Positions 17,802-27,621 of a DNA stretch of 46,681 nt are shown here, piece after piece. This DNA is from Candidatus Nanoarchaeia archaeon. GTDB lineage: Archaea > Nanobdellota > Nanobdellia > Woesearchaeales > SM23-78. The stretch lies in NCBI GenBank assembly GCA_041479965.1, contig JBGOZE010000003.1, forward strand, positions 1-46,681. Reading direction: 5' to 3'. The notes under the pieces were generated by a model. That model saw only the letters and a list, made by a program, of their open reading frames with translations. It ran no database searches and was not told the origin of the DNA. The first letter of the stretch is position 1. Every line of letters begins with the position of its first letter. Made by a program: the position numbers and the translations under genes.

Positions 17802-18419
17802 CTATGGCTTGGTTGTTTTTGTCAAGAAGAGCAAGGCAAACATACCTACTAAGAACACGAATAGCATGCCCAGGACTTTTGGGTGCCTCAGGGTATTGAG
17901 CAGGTTGGTCGAGAAGCTCGGAGTGACAGTGCTTGTGGTGCCTACATTCACATCAGCCAAACCTCCTTCTCCGGTTGATGTTCCTCCTGTTTCAGTGGTT
18001 GTAGTGGAAGTTGCTCCAGTGCCGCGCTCAAGCAGGCCTTGGCCAAAGGCATTGCCAAGGGATATGAAGAGGATTAGGAGCACAAAGGCGATAATCCAGG
18101 GATAAACATTAGGGTCACCAATAAGTTTTTTCATGTCAGAATCGCCGACTCCGAACATCCTCACCATCAACAAGGTGAAGAACAGAAAGATAGCCATCAC
18201 CGTGAACCATGGCACCATGTTCTTTATCATGGCTTGGGCCACCTTGGATATCAAGAACAGGAGGCCCACCATGAAGGCTATCGTGGCGTGCAAGCCTCTT
18301 CTTCCTTCTCCGAAGGCTTTTATGTATTCGAGCAATCCGAACATTATCAAGAAAACTATGAGCACTACGAAAATCACTCCGAAGTGCTCTAATAAACCTA
18401 CATCAAGGAACGTGGCCAT
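17802..18419 (-). CDS. Multi-pass membrane protein (divergent paralog 3)
   Basis: About 5 TM helices, Thr/Gly-rich loop, N-terminus similar to the neighbours. Confidence 0.8.
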   Translation of the reverse strand: MATFLDVGLLEHFGVIFVVLIVFLIMFGLLEYIKAFGEGRRGLHATIAFMVGLLFLISKVAQAMIKNMVPWFTVMAIFLFFTLLMVRMFGVGDSDMKKLIGDPNVYPWIIAFVLLILFISLGNAFGQGLLERGTGATSTTTTETGGTSTGEGGLADVNVGTTSTVTPSFSTNLLNTLRHPKVLGMLFVFLVGMFALLFLTKTTKP

Positions 18420-18477
18420 TTTGTATAAGTCCTGCTATGCCCGATGCCTAAAATATCAGGCGTGGAATCCTATCGGC

Positions 18478-19071
18478 TTAGTCTCCGCCTTTCTTCTTCA
18501 TGACCTTGCCGACGTTCTCCATCCATCTCCCTAGGCCTTTCTCCTTGTCTTCTTTCTTGCTGTCATCCTTGGTTATGAACCAGATGATGATTCCGAAGAC
18601 AAGTATCATCACTATCAATGCCTGGAGCTCTGGGTTGTATAAGAAGCTCAAATAAAGTGGCAGAGGGAACCATCCGACTGCTGAGCCGAAAATGAGCACA
18701 ACTGCGACTATAGCGAGTAACACTATCCAGCCTGAGAACGATGTTCCTGCGAACTCAAGCTCACTGCCGAACACTCCTATGATCAGGAGAAGCATTATTA
18801 TGGCCACGAGAATTATCGAGACCTGAGGCAATGCCTGGTTGATCACATTAACAGGGTCGAAATTGAACGGATATCTCCCGACGATATGCGGAATCACCAC
18901 AGCCAATGCCATGACCAAGGCGACCATCACATTATAATTCTTCTTCCCGTCGCCAAGTATCTTGGTCTTCTGCAGCACCGCGAACACTATGGTGAATACC
19001 AGAATGAACGGTATCAGTACATCAGTGACGCCCCATGCGTCCAACAACATTATAAAGTCCTGTAAAGCCAT
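18478..19071 (-). CDS. Multi-pass membrane protein (paralog 2)
   Basis: GVTDVLIPFILVFTIVFAVLQKTKILG motif, about 5 TM helices, GGAGG RBS. Confidence 0.85.
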   Translation of the reverse strand: MALQDFIMLLDAWGVTDVLIPFILVFTIVFAVLQKTKILGDGKKNYNVMVALVMALAVVIPHIVGRYPFNFDPVNVINQALPQVSIILVAIIMLLLIIGVFGSELEFAGTSFSGWIVLLAIVAVVLIFGSAVGWFPLPLYLSFLYNPELQALIVMILVFGIIIWFITKDDSKKEDKEKGLGRWMENVGKVMKKKGGD

Positions 19072-19238
19072 TTTCCATCAAGCCTCCTTTATTTCATTTA
19101 TTATCAATTATCTTTGATTATTTATTATTCTTGGTATAAGCCCTTTTTATAACTTTCTATAAATGGACCTAAATTAAGGGTATTTATGTTATTTTTGTCT
19201 AGCAGCTCAACCCTATGATTTCCTGGCTCACTATTTGC

Positions 19239-19835
19239 TTATTCGCTTTTCGAATCACTGCCTTTCTTCTTGTCAAATGAGCCAGTAACATAAAGCATGA
19301 ACACTATGATTATTATTATGAGCACTAGCGATGATACGACCACAGAATTGAAATTCATGGTGAGATTGAACCACAAGTAATTCAGCCAGCTGTTCTGAGG
19401 GTCTGGAAGCGCTGCGAGGAAGACGATTATCACTCCGATGAACATGATTATCATGAACATGGTCTTCCAGCCTTTCTGAAGGGCGAACTCTTCCTTGCCT
19501 GTGTGGAAGCTGCCTGCGAGCAAGAGGAAGCAGATAGAGAACAGAAGTAAGAGCGTCACGTATCCCAGGATATAGTTCATTGCCATGACGAGCTGGGTAG
19601 ATGCCACCACAAAGAAGGCTATGACAAAAGCAGTCATGCCGTTAAGGTTCTTCCTGGTTATCTCCTTGCCATCAAATTTCTCAGTGCCGAAGATCTTGGT
19701 CTTCTCAAGGATGGCGAATATCAAAGTGAAGACCAGCAAGAAAGGAAGCACAACATCATACACTCCTAGTTGAGCGAAAAAGTCCAATGTCCCTCTGAAA
19801 ACACTTTGCTGTGCTACTATTTGTCCTACTGCCAT
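19239..19835 (-). CDS. Multi-pass membrane protein (paralog 1)
   Basis: GVYDVVLPFLLVFTLIFAILEKTKIFG motif, about 5 TM helices. Confidence 0.85.
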   Translation of the reverse strand: MAVGQIVAQQSVFRGTLDFFAQLGVYDVVLPFLLVFTLIFAILEKTKIFGTEKFDGKEITRKNLNGMTAFVIAFFVVASTQLVMAMNYILGYVTLLLLFSICFLLLAGSFHTGKEEFALQKGWKTMFMIIMFIGVIIVFLAALPDPQNSWLNYLWFNLTMNFNSVVVSSLVLIIIIIVFMLYVTGSFDKKKGSDSKSE

Positions 19836-19863
19836 AACACTCTCTCTTTGGAAGCGTTGATAT

Positions 19864-21039
19864 TTAAAGGTTTCGTTCCCTTTGTCTCCTTTTTCTCTTG
19901 ATTCTTAATAATATGATTAGGGCGATAATAATAAGTACGATGAGCCCGAAGGTTATGAGCATCTCGAGCATTGGAAGCTGTTCTGCAGGAATAATGGGTT
20001 TCTCCACGACTTCCACTCTGAAGCTCTCTGTCTTCAGCTGGTCAGCATAGGCCATCATGATGCTCATGTCATATTGCCCTGGCATGATGCCTGTGGTGTC
20101 AAAGAAGCCAGTCACTTCCCTGGATTCGCCAGGCTGGAGCTTAAAGACAGGCATCTCAGTCTGCTTTTCTCCGATAGCCAAGAATCCACTGACAGAAAGC
20201 TCTGTGTTCCACTCATTATAAGCTTTGAAGATGACTTTATTGATAGTGTCGACAGTTAGCTTCTTGGTCAAAAAATCTTGTATGCGGACCAGCGGCGCCC
20301 CCACTCTGAATGATGCTTCAAAGCTTTTGCTGACGCCGTCATAGTTAGCTCTTACCGCGGCGTTGTACAAGCCTTTTCTCATGATGGGGCTTGGCAGTGC
20401 CTGGGCTTTTCCTAATGAGTTCTTGCTCACGCTCACCTGAGGTGTCGAGAGGTTTTTCAGCAGGGAGCCAGATGGTGAACGTATCTCTACCTGGGCGCCT
20501 GCGCTCTGGATGTCCTCTGAGCCCAGATTGTCAAACTCGACATAGATGGGCACAGGCGTGCCTTCATCAACTTCCAAGACCACGAACGATATGTCTGCGT
20601 ATTTCGTAGGATAAGGCACTCTCACATATACGGGTATTTGAGGAGCAATGAAGACAGTGAACATACTGCCTGAATCTGGTATTGAAGGAGTAATCTTTAT
20701 TATAGCACTCCTTATACCTGGCTCGAGCTTCTGAGGGAAATACATGATTACCTTGAAAGAAACGCTGGAATCTGTCGCATTGACATGTATGGTTGGCTTC
20801 TCAAAGAAAACTGCATCAGCCAGCTCTCCTATGGCGCTAAAGGAGGCGTCAAAGGTCGCCTGCTCTGAGTTAATTATATTGAACACAACTTCAACATTAG
20901 TGCCTGGCTGGAAATCAAGAGTTTTTTTTGCAGGGCTCACTCCTAATCCTTGGACTAGAGATGATGCGAGCACCATGAATACGGCTAAGATTAGAAAAAT
21001 AATATTGATTCGCTTTCCTGTGTCTTTATGGCTTTTCAT
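19864..21039 (-). CDS. Secreted Ig-like/CARDB-type protein with C-terminal TM anchor
   Basis: Signal peptide (VQG-LGVSP), FDNLGS motif, C-terminal TM helix plus RIKRKRR. Confidence 0.8.
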   Translation of the reverse strand: MKSHKDTGKRINIIFLILAVFMVLASSLVQGLGVSPAKKTLDFQPGTNVEVVFNIINSEQATFDASFSAIGELADAVFFEKPTIHVNATDSSVSFKVIMYFPQKLEPGIRSAIIKITPSIPDSGSMFTVFIAPQIPVYVRVPYPTKYADISFVVLEVDEGTPVPIYVEFDNLGSEDIQSAGAQVEIRSPSGSLLKNLSTPQVSVSKNSLGKAQALPSPIMRKGLYNAAVRANYDGVSKSFEASFRVGAPLVRIQDFLTKKLTVDTINKVIFKAYNEWNTELSVSGFLAIGEKQTEMPVFKLQPGESREVTGFFDTTGIMPGQYDMSIMMAYADQLKTESFRVEVVEKPIIPAEQLPMLEMLITFGLIVLIIIALIILLRIKRKRRQRERNL

Positions 21040-21085
21040 TTTTTCGATGGTTTTTTCAAAACTTTTTTACTCAACAAAACTCATT

Positions 21086-24000
21086 TCAGTCTGCTGAAAC
21101 ACAGCCAATCTCTATCTGGCTGGTCTTAGTTCCTGGTGGTTCAGTCAGAGGGACCGTGACATTGAGCTCAATCTGCCCTTCATCAGCATTGTCCTCGTAG
21201 AGCAGGAAGCAGTATATCTTCTGGGCTGCACTGTTCATGTTCGCAAAGGTGGTCTGGGAACAGGCGTCTGTGAAGCTGCTGCTCTCATTATGGTCTGCCT
21301 TGAACTGATAATATGTTGTGTCCAGGTTGGCGGTTGAGAATAATTGAGTGGCATTGACTGTGACATTGAGCCGAACATTGCCAATATTCCTCACCACAAT
21401 AGGGTTGGGACTGTTGTCTGTTGTGTCATTATTCTGTCCTATTGACATCTGTCCGAAGGTGGTGTTGACGAGCACTTCGAGGTTGGCTACGCTCGGGATA
21501 GTAAAGTTGAATGATAATGAGTCGTTGCACTCATCATACTTATCGCAGGCAGTCACAGTCCAGTTATAGAGCAGGTCAACGCATAATGCGCTTGTCATCT
21601 GACGGGTAGTGTTGGTTATTCCTGAAATGGTCGGCTGGTAGCATCCTGCAGAGCAGTTTATGCAATTTAGATTAAAGACATAGTAGATGGAATCTCCCTC
21701 GAGATCAGTCGAGGCATCCCACTGGAAATTAGGCCTCCTCTCATCCACGCTATTATTGGCATTGGTAGGATAGGTAAGTACTGGTTTTGTTGGCGGACTA
21801 TTAACTAATGCGCAGCAGACTTTCTGGTCGTATGCATCGCATTCTCCGATGTGCGCGTTGGTGATGTTGGAGCCTTCGCTTCCAGCCAGGCTGGCTACGC
21901 AGGAATAGCCATATGCGCACGTCGAGTTAGGATAGCTGCAGTACACTCGCTTCCAATTGCTTCCTAGGCAAGCAGGAACAGTGTAGAGGCTGCTGCCGCT
22001 GATGTCTATGTGGGCGTTGGTAGCATTAGACAGGTTCATGACAGTAATATTCTCAGGGCAGGCCCCGCTTATTGTGATGCTGGTGTTCGTAGTGTTGCAG
22101 CAGATGGAGTAGTTGTAGTTATGATAGCTGTTGTTCTCAGCATGAGCATTGTTATAGCTTCGAGTGTCGTTTTCGAGCCCTATCAATCTTCCAGTACCTG
22201 CTGGGCAGGATTCGTTGTGGATGAAGTAGCAGCTCATAGGATTGGTCGTGGTTGCAGGCGCTTCTCCTCCTCCAGTGCCAGTCACATTTTCGACTAGATA
22301 ATAATTCTCTGCGTCATAGGTGACTTCGCTCATAGTCATGCCATTAATAGTCTGGCCTGTGCTTATCTCAACATAGCCTGTGCAGCTCGAATTGACTTGA
22401 TCAATAGTCTCTGCACCAGGGCAGATATACACTGTTCCATTGTTATCCACATTAGGGATGAGCAATGATAAATTTATGAAGCTAGCAAGCCCTGCTGCGC
22501 TGTGAACTACTGATTTTGCAAGTTCTCTGCTGGTGTTTAGTGTCATTGCGCTAACATCAATGTTTTGTGTGAAGTTAAGGGTGAGTATGCCTGAGTAATT
22601 CCCAGATGTAGAGTTTAATCCTATGAGCACTTCCACAATCCCGCTCTGCCCAGTGACAGTAATATCAACAGAAGACTCACTTTCCAGCTTAAGATCAGTG
22701 CCGGGCTGAGGATTGATAAGAGTATATGCTACATTTACAGTATAACTCCTTTCATCAGATTTATTATAATTATGGCTTGTTCCATTGCCCCAAGAATGCC
22801 ATCGATAAGGATAAACTCCAGAATTCGTGAAATTATAGCTCGCATTATAAACATTCGCCGTTAAATTAGTTGCAGTTATGTTAGTATTATTTATCTCCAA
22901 TAAAACTGTTCCATTTGTATTTTCTACTGTGACATTGAATAATCCTATTCCATTATCTACCAGATTTGCACTATTATCTTTGTAATCAGAAAAAATTGGA
23001 TAAATTGTATCTGGTATTGCTGTTAGAAACCTTACGGTTATTATACCCGAACCACCAAAAAATCCAGGTTCAGTAGCAAGAATAGAACGGGTTCCTCCAC
23101 CACCACCTCCAGTATTTGTAGTCCCATTTGAACCTCCATTATCTGAACCTAAATTGCCACCATGTCCTCCACCTCCAGTTCCGCCTACCCCCCCACTATA
23201 TCCACTTTCTCCTGCCCCCCCACCTCCACCAGCATAATAAAAGTTAGTTCCATTTATAGAATAATTTAATCCATTTCCGCCGTTACCTCCATTATATGTG
23301 CCTGTGCAACCAATTCCAACACTTCCTGCTCCTCCACCTCCACCCGCACTTGGGTTTGAACATCCAGCTCCTCCATTATTACCTTGTCCAGCAGTTCCAC
23401 TTCCAGGAGCTGTATTTTGCATACCAGCTCCACCTCCACCAGAACCACCATTTGCGTTACCACCATCATAAGTTTTTCCACCTCCGCCTCCTATTGCAGT
23501 TAAGGTTCCAAAAGTTGAATTTTGTCCAGGACAACCATTTCCCTTAATACCATCGCATCCAATATTTTGAGCATACCATCCCCTGCTTCCACCAATACCA
23601 ACAATAACAGTAATATTAGAACCATTTATAGCATAAGAATTATTATAAATTAATCCTCCTCCACCTCCTCCACCACCGTGTCTGGAACCTCCACCACCTC
23701 CGCCAGCAACAATCAGAATACTGGCATTAGTTACACCTACTGGTGGAACAAAAGTTCCATTTGCATAAAAAGTATAAACTGTGTAAGCACCATCATAAGT
23801 AATATTTGGGGCCGTATCAGGATCAATGATATGATCAAATTCAATAGAACCTCCAATAACTTTCAAGTCAAAAGTATCTTGAGTTCCTTGGAGATTTGTT
23901 AAATAAATTTTGTTATATTTGTTTGAATTTAAATTTGTGAATTCTGTTATTTTTGTTGTTCCGTCTTTTTCATAAACTTCTATTTTGGGTGTTCCGCTCA

Positions 24001-24469
24001 CAACACGAGGATAGAGTGTTATATCCTTTGTATTGTCTAATTTTTGTTCAAAAGTAATTCTTACATAATCTCCATCAGAAATTGTTTCACTCCAAACATT
24101 ATCCAAGGTTTTTACTTGTTCATAAATATCTTCAATATAGTTCTTATTTTCATCAAGATGAATCGCTTTTGTTATAACAATTATTTCAAATGTCTGACTG
24201 CTTAAATGAGGGGCAACCCATTCGACACCAGCATATAAATTATCATTGTCTGAATCAATTAGTGTGAATGAGATATTTTGGTATACAAAACCCCAATCAA
24301 CAGTATAAGCACCTGTAGATTCAAGAGGTAACTTTATTCGTGAAGCATTGCTAGAACCAATACTTGTTTTGCTAGTATTCCAAGTAGCAGAAAAAGGAGT
24401 GGCTGTAATATATAAAACACTAAATATACTTATACAAAATAATATTAATACTGTTTTATTTATCCACAA
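21086..24469 (-). CDS. Large mosaic secreted glycoprotein (about 1127 aa) with Gly-rich, Cys-rich and FN3/Ig-like domains
   Basis: Likely TTG start at 24469 (AGGTGG RBS) giving signal peptide MWINKTVLILFCISIFSVLYITA; many N-x-S/T sequons; VAGGGGGG Gly-rich domain; NAH/Cys repeats. Confidence 0.75.
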   Translation of the reverse strand: MWINKTVLILFCISIFSVLYITATPFSATWNTSKTSIGSSNASRIKLPLESTGAYTVDWGFVYQNISFTLIDSDNDNLYAGVEWVAPHLSSQTFEIIVITKAIHLDENKNYIEDIYEQVKTLDNVWSETISDGDYVRITFEQKLDNTKDITLYPRVVSGTPKIEVYEKDGTTKITEFTNLNSNKYNKIYLTNLQGTQDTFDLKVIGGSIEFDHIIDPDTAPNITYDGAYTVYTFYANGTFVPPVGVTNASILIVAGGGGGGSRHGGGGGGGGLIYNNSYAINGSNITVIVGIGGSRGWYAQNIGCDGIKGNGCPGQNSTFGTLTAIGGGGGKTYDGGNANGGSGGGGAGMQNTAPGSGTAGQGNNGGAGCSNPSAGGGGGAGSVGIGCTGTYNGGNGGNGLNYSINGTNFYYAGGGGGAGESGYSGGVGGTGGGGHGGNLGSDNGGSNGTTNTGGGGGGTRSILATEPGFFGGSGIITVRFLTAIPDTIYPIFSDYKDNSANLVDNGIGLFNVTVENTNGTVLLEINNTNITATNLTANVYNASYNFTNSGVYPYRWHSWGNGTSHNYNKSDERSYTVNVAYTLINPQPGTDLKLESESSVDITVTGQSGIVEVLIGLNSTSGNYSGILTLNFTQNIDVSAMTLNTSRELAKSVVHSAAGLASFINLSLLIPNVDNNGTVYICPGAETIDQVNSSCTGYVEISTGQTINGMTMSEVTYDAENYYLVENVTGTGGGEAPATTTNPMSCYFIHNESCPAGTGRLIGLENDTRSYNNAHAENNSYHNYNYSICCNTTNTSITISGACPENITVMNLSNATNAHIDISGSSLYTVPACLGSNWKRVYCSYPNSTCAYGYSCVASLAGSEGSNITNAHIGECDAYDQKVCCALVNSPPTKPVLTYPTNANNSVDERRPNFQWDASTDLEGDSIYYVFNLNCINCSAGCYQPTISGITNTTRQMTSALCVDLLYNWTVTACDKYDECNDSLSFNFTIPSVANLEVLVNTTFGQMSIGQNNDTTDNSPNPIVVRNIGNVRLNVTVNATQLFSTANLDTTYYQFKADHNESSSFTDACSQTTFANMNSAAQKIYCFLLYEDNADEGQIELNVTVPLTEPPGTKTSQIEIGCVSAD

Positions 24470-24848
24470 TTTCCCACCTTTCCTCCATTGTTGAATATTA
24501 TGCATGCTAGTCCTGTCATGTTTCCTGTTAGTGTTATGTTGATGAAGTTCGCGTTTGTTCCGTTGGTTAGTTTCGTGTTTATTGTCGTATTTTGTACGCC
24601 TTGGCTGGTGTCGGGTCTGATAACATCTGTGTTGCATACTTGATGAGATTGAATCCTCTCTGATAATCAACATTGAGCTCTGGACTTTGGCTTGCAAGAA
24701 AGCTTTTGGAATCATGAAGAACATGTTTTTGAGCATTGAGCAAGCCCGGGTTTTCTGGTTGCGCTCCCAGGGCAAAGAAAGATATAACAAGGACTAAGAG
24801 GGCTAACAGGAATATAACTGAGAACTTCTTTAGCCAAGAACTTTTCAT
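24460..24848 (-). pseudogene. Truncated or frameshifted secreted protein: signal-peptide ORF 24579-24848 plus an out-of-frame C-terminal fragment 24460-24594
   Basis: MKSSWLKKFSVIFLLALLVLVISFFALG stops after 89 aa; another frame encodes QNTTINTK...LACIIFNNGGKVGNCG*. Confidence 0.5.
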
Positions 24849-25030
24849 CTAAAAACCCACCCTTCTTATACCCTTACAGTACTGTTGAATTTATATTGTA
24901 TTAATTGTTAAGTGGATTATTTTATCTGAGCATATATAAACTTTTTTATTAAACTCGATTTACGAGCCTTAATTTTAACATTAACTTTAAATAATGAAAG
25001 CCACTTCAAGAGTGACAGGAAGGTGATATC

Positions 25031-25666
25031 ATGAAAATACTTGGATTGGATATTGAACTATTAAATCATGCATCTGTAAAGATTAAAGATAAGAAAATCA
25101 TATATATCGATCCTTTTGAGCTTTCTCAAGGCCCTGGCTTGGACAAGGCTGACATCATACTCATAACTCATGAGCACTATGATCACTGCAGCCCTAAGGA
25201 TGTAGCGAAAATTGCCACTGAGAATACCATCATCATTACTGTGGCTGACTGCCAGAGCAAGCTGAGCAACCTGAAGATAAAAGGCATGGCCCTGATTGAG
25301 CCTGGCAAGAGCATCAATGCAGATGGCGTGAAGATCACTGCTGTGCCTGCCTATAACCTGAACAAGACTTTCCATCCCAAGCAGAACGAATGGGTGGGCT
25401 TCATTGTTGAGATGGATGGAGTGAGAGTGTATCATTCAGGAGATACTGATTTGATTCCTGAGATGAAAGATATTGACGTGGATATTGCCTTGCTTCCTGT
25501 AGGCGGAACCTATACCATGAATGCAAAAGAAGCAGCGCAGGCAACCAAGACTTTCAAGAGGTGCAAGATAGCCATACCCATGCATTATGGCACAATCATA
25601 GGCACTGGCAGCGATGCTGAGACTTTCAAGAACAATGCTGGCTGCGAAGTAAAGATATTGATGTGA
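25031..25666 (+). CDS. MBL-fold metallo-hydrolase (UlaG/UPF0173-like)
   Basis: THEHYDH, YHSGDT, LLPVGGTYTM, IPMHYG; AGGTGA RBS. Confidence 0.9.
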   Translation: MKILGLDIELLNHASVKIKDKKIIYIDPFELSQGPGLDKADIILITHEHYDHCSPKDVAKIATENTIIITVADCQSKLSNLKIKGMALIEPGKSINADGVKITAVPAYNLNKTFHPKQNEWVGFIVEMDGVRVYHSGDTDLIPEMKDIDVDIALLPVGGTYTMNAKEAAQATKTFKRCKIAIPMHYGTIIGTGSDAETFKNNAGCEVKILM

Positions 25667-25681
25667 AGGAGGAAGAGAATC

Positions 25682-27082
25682 ATGTTAAGGACTCATAATT
25701 GCGGAGAATTAAGAGAGGCAGATGCAGGAAAGAAAGTGACCCTGTGCGGCTGGGTTGAGACTCAAAGGATTCAGGGAAAGCTGAGTTTTATACTTCTAAG
25801 GGACAGGTACGGAATAACCCAGGTGTTTGTCAATCCTGCATTGACTAAAGAGCAAGGAGAAATAAGGAGAGAAAGCGTCCTTCAGATAAATGGCGAAGTT
25901 AAGAAGAGGCCTGAGAACCAGGTAAAGAAAGATCTGGCAACAGGAGAAATAGAATTAGCAGCTAATGAAATAAAAATCCTCAGCAGAGCTGACCCTCTGC
26001 CTCTTGAGCTCGGCGACAATGTTGAATCCACAGAGGACGTGCGCTTGAAATACAGGTATTTGGACTTAAGAAGGCCCAAGATGACTAGGAACATGATGAT
26101 AAGGCATAGGGCTGTCCAGTTCATCAGGGAATACCTTGACCAGCAAGGCTTCCTGGAGATAACAACTCCTATCCTCACAAAATCCACGCCAGAAGGCGCC
26201 AGGGACTATGTGGTGCCTTCCAGAGTGCACAAGGGAAAATTCTATGCCTTGCCTCAGTCTCCTCAGCAATACAAACAGTTGCTGATGGTTGCAGGCATGG
26301 ACAAGTACTTCCAGATAGCCCCCTGTTTTAGGGACGAGGCTGCAAGGGCCCACAGGGCTCCTGGAGAGTTCTACCAGCTGGACCTTGAGATGAGCTTTGT
26401 GGAGCAGGAGGACATCCTGAGGCTCACAGAGGACCTGATGATACAATTAATCAAGAATGTTTTCCCGGAAAAACGAATAGGCCAAATCCCTTTCCCTAGG
26501 ATAAGCTATGATGACGCAATGGAAAAATATGGAGTCGACAGCCCAGACATCAGGAAGGACAAGAAAGACAAGGACGAACTTGCTTTCTGCTGGATAGTTG
26601 ACTTCCCGCTGTTCACCAAGCAGACAAAAGATGACTTTTTCTTCGGAGCAGGAAAAGTTTGGGCTCCTTCCCATCACATGTTCACAGCGCCAAAGGAAGA
26701 AGACATCCCTCTTCTTGACACCCATCCTGGCAAGGTGAAATCTTTGCAGCATGATCTGGTTCTCAATGGCTTTGAAGTGGGCGGTGGAAGCATCAGGATC
26801 CATGATGCAAAGACACAGGCAAAGATATTTGACCTCATAGGGTTCACAGACAAGCAGAAAAAAGAATTCTCACATATGCTAGAAGCCTTCAGGTACGGAG
26901 TGCCTCCTCATGGAGGAATCGCCCCGGGAATTGATAGGATACTAATGGTAATCCTAGGTGAGGAATCCATAAGAGAAGTCATTGCCTTTCCCAAGGACAA
27001 GGCAGCAAGAGACCCCGTCATGGACGCGCCTTCAGAGATTACGCAAGAGCAATTGGACGAGCTGGGACTCAAAATCAAATAA
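25682..27082 (+). CDS. aspS: Bacterial-type aspartate--tRNA ligase lacking the GAD insert
   Basis: MLRTHNCGEL, STPEGARDY, ALPQSPQQYKQLLM, PGEFYQLDLEMSF, GGGSIRIH, PPHGGIAPGIDR. Confidence 0.93.
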   Translation: MLRTHNCGELREADAGKKVTLCGWVETQRIQGKLSFILLRDRYGITQVFVNPALTKEQGEIRRESVLQINGEVKKRPENQVKKDLATGEIELAANEIKILSRADPLPLELGDNVESTEDVRLKYRYLDLRRPKMTRNMMIRHRAVQFIREYLDQQGFLEITTPILTKSTPEGARDYVVPSRVHKGKFYALPQSPQQYKQLLMVAGMDKYFQIAPCFRDEAARAHRAPGEFYQLDLEMSFVEQEDILRLTEDLMIQLIKNVFPEKRIGQIPFPRISYDDAMEKYGVDSPDIRKDKKDKDELAFCWIVDFPLFTKQTKDDFFFGAGKVWAPSHHMFTAPKEEDIPLLDTHPGKVKSLQHDLVLNGFEVGGGSIRIHDAKTQAKIFDLIGFTDKQKKEFSHMLEAFRYGVPPHGGIAPGIDRILMVILGEESIREVIAFPKDKAARDPVMDAPSEITQEQLDELGLKIK

Positions 27083-27092
27083 TTGCGGCAAA

Positions 27093-27554
27093 ATGAGTGC
27101 CTTCTCCAAACTCAAATCCTTTCTTGACAAGAACAAGGTTAGCTATGAATACAAGGAGCATGAAGAAGTCAGGACTAGCGAGGAAGCTGCCAAGGCCCGA
27201 GGAGAGGATATCAAGATTGGCGCCAAGGCAATGATTCTCAAAGCAGACGATAAATTCATTATATTTGTGCTGAGTGCTGCAAAAAAAATTGACTCTAAGA
27301 GAGTCAAGGAAATACTTGGAGTGAAGAGCTTGAGGTTTGCAACGCCTGAAGAAGTCACTCAACTGACAGGCTGCATTCCTGGAGGGGTGCCTCCTTTTGC
27401 CAACATTTTCGGCCTGGATTTGATTTTGGACAAGACCATCCCTCAGAACGAGTTCATGGCCTTCAATGCAGGCGAGAGAACCAAATCATTGAAGCTGAGA
27501 ACAAAGGATTATCTTGAACTGCTCAAGCCGAGGATTGAGGATTTCTCAATGTGA
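27093..27554 (+). CDS. YbaK/ProX-family aminoacyl-tRNA deacylase
   Basis: GAKAMILK, LRFATPEEV..LTGC.PGGVPPF, FNAG. Confidence 0.88.
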   Translation: MSAFSKLKSFLDKNKVSYEYKEHEEVRTSEEAAKARGEDIKIGAKAMILKADDKFIIFVLSAAKKIDSKRVKEILGVKSLRFATPEEVTQLTGCIPGGVPPFANIFGLDLILDKTIPQNEFMAFNAGERTKSLKLRTKDYLELLKPRIEDFSM

Positions 27555-27621
27555 TTTTTCGTGCTAATCAGTTAATTTTATAAAATCTTCTCGATTAGAT
27601 AATCAAATAAGGGTGATTATC

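Noticed and set aside
23090-23710. CCA/CCT-rich tandem repeats
   Set aside because: Explained by poly-Gly codons of the Gly-rich domain on the minus strand
21086-24469. Diversity-generating retroelement target
   Set aside because: No reverse transcriptase and no template/variable repeat pair visible in the window
24470-24790. First 107 aa of the 1234-aa ORF-track protein
   Set aside because: Not protein-like and overlaps two better frames; the TTG at 24469 has an RBS and gives a signal peptide
26982-27092. AspRS-YbaK fusion by programmed frameshift
   Set aside because: The frame is open, but aspS has a normal C-terminus, no clear slippery site is present, and ybaK has its own ATG 10 nt after the stop
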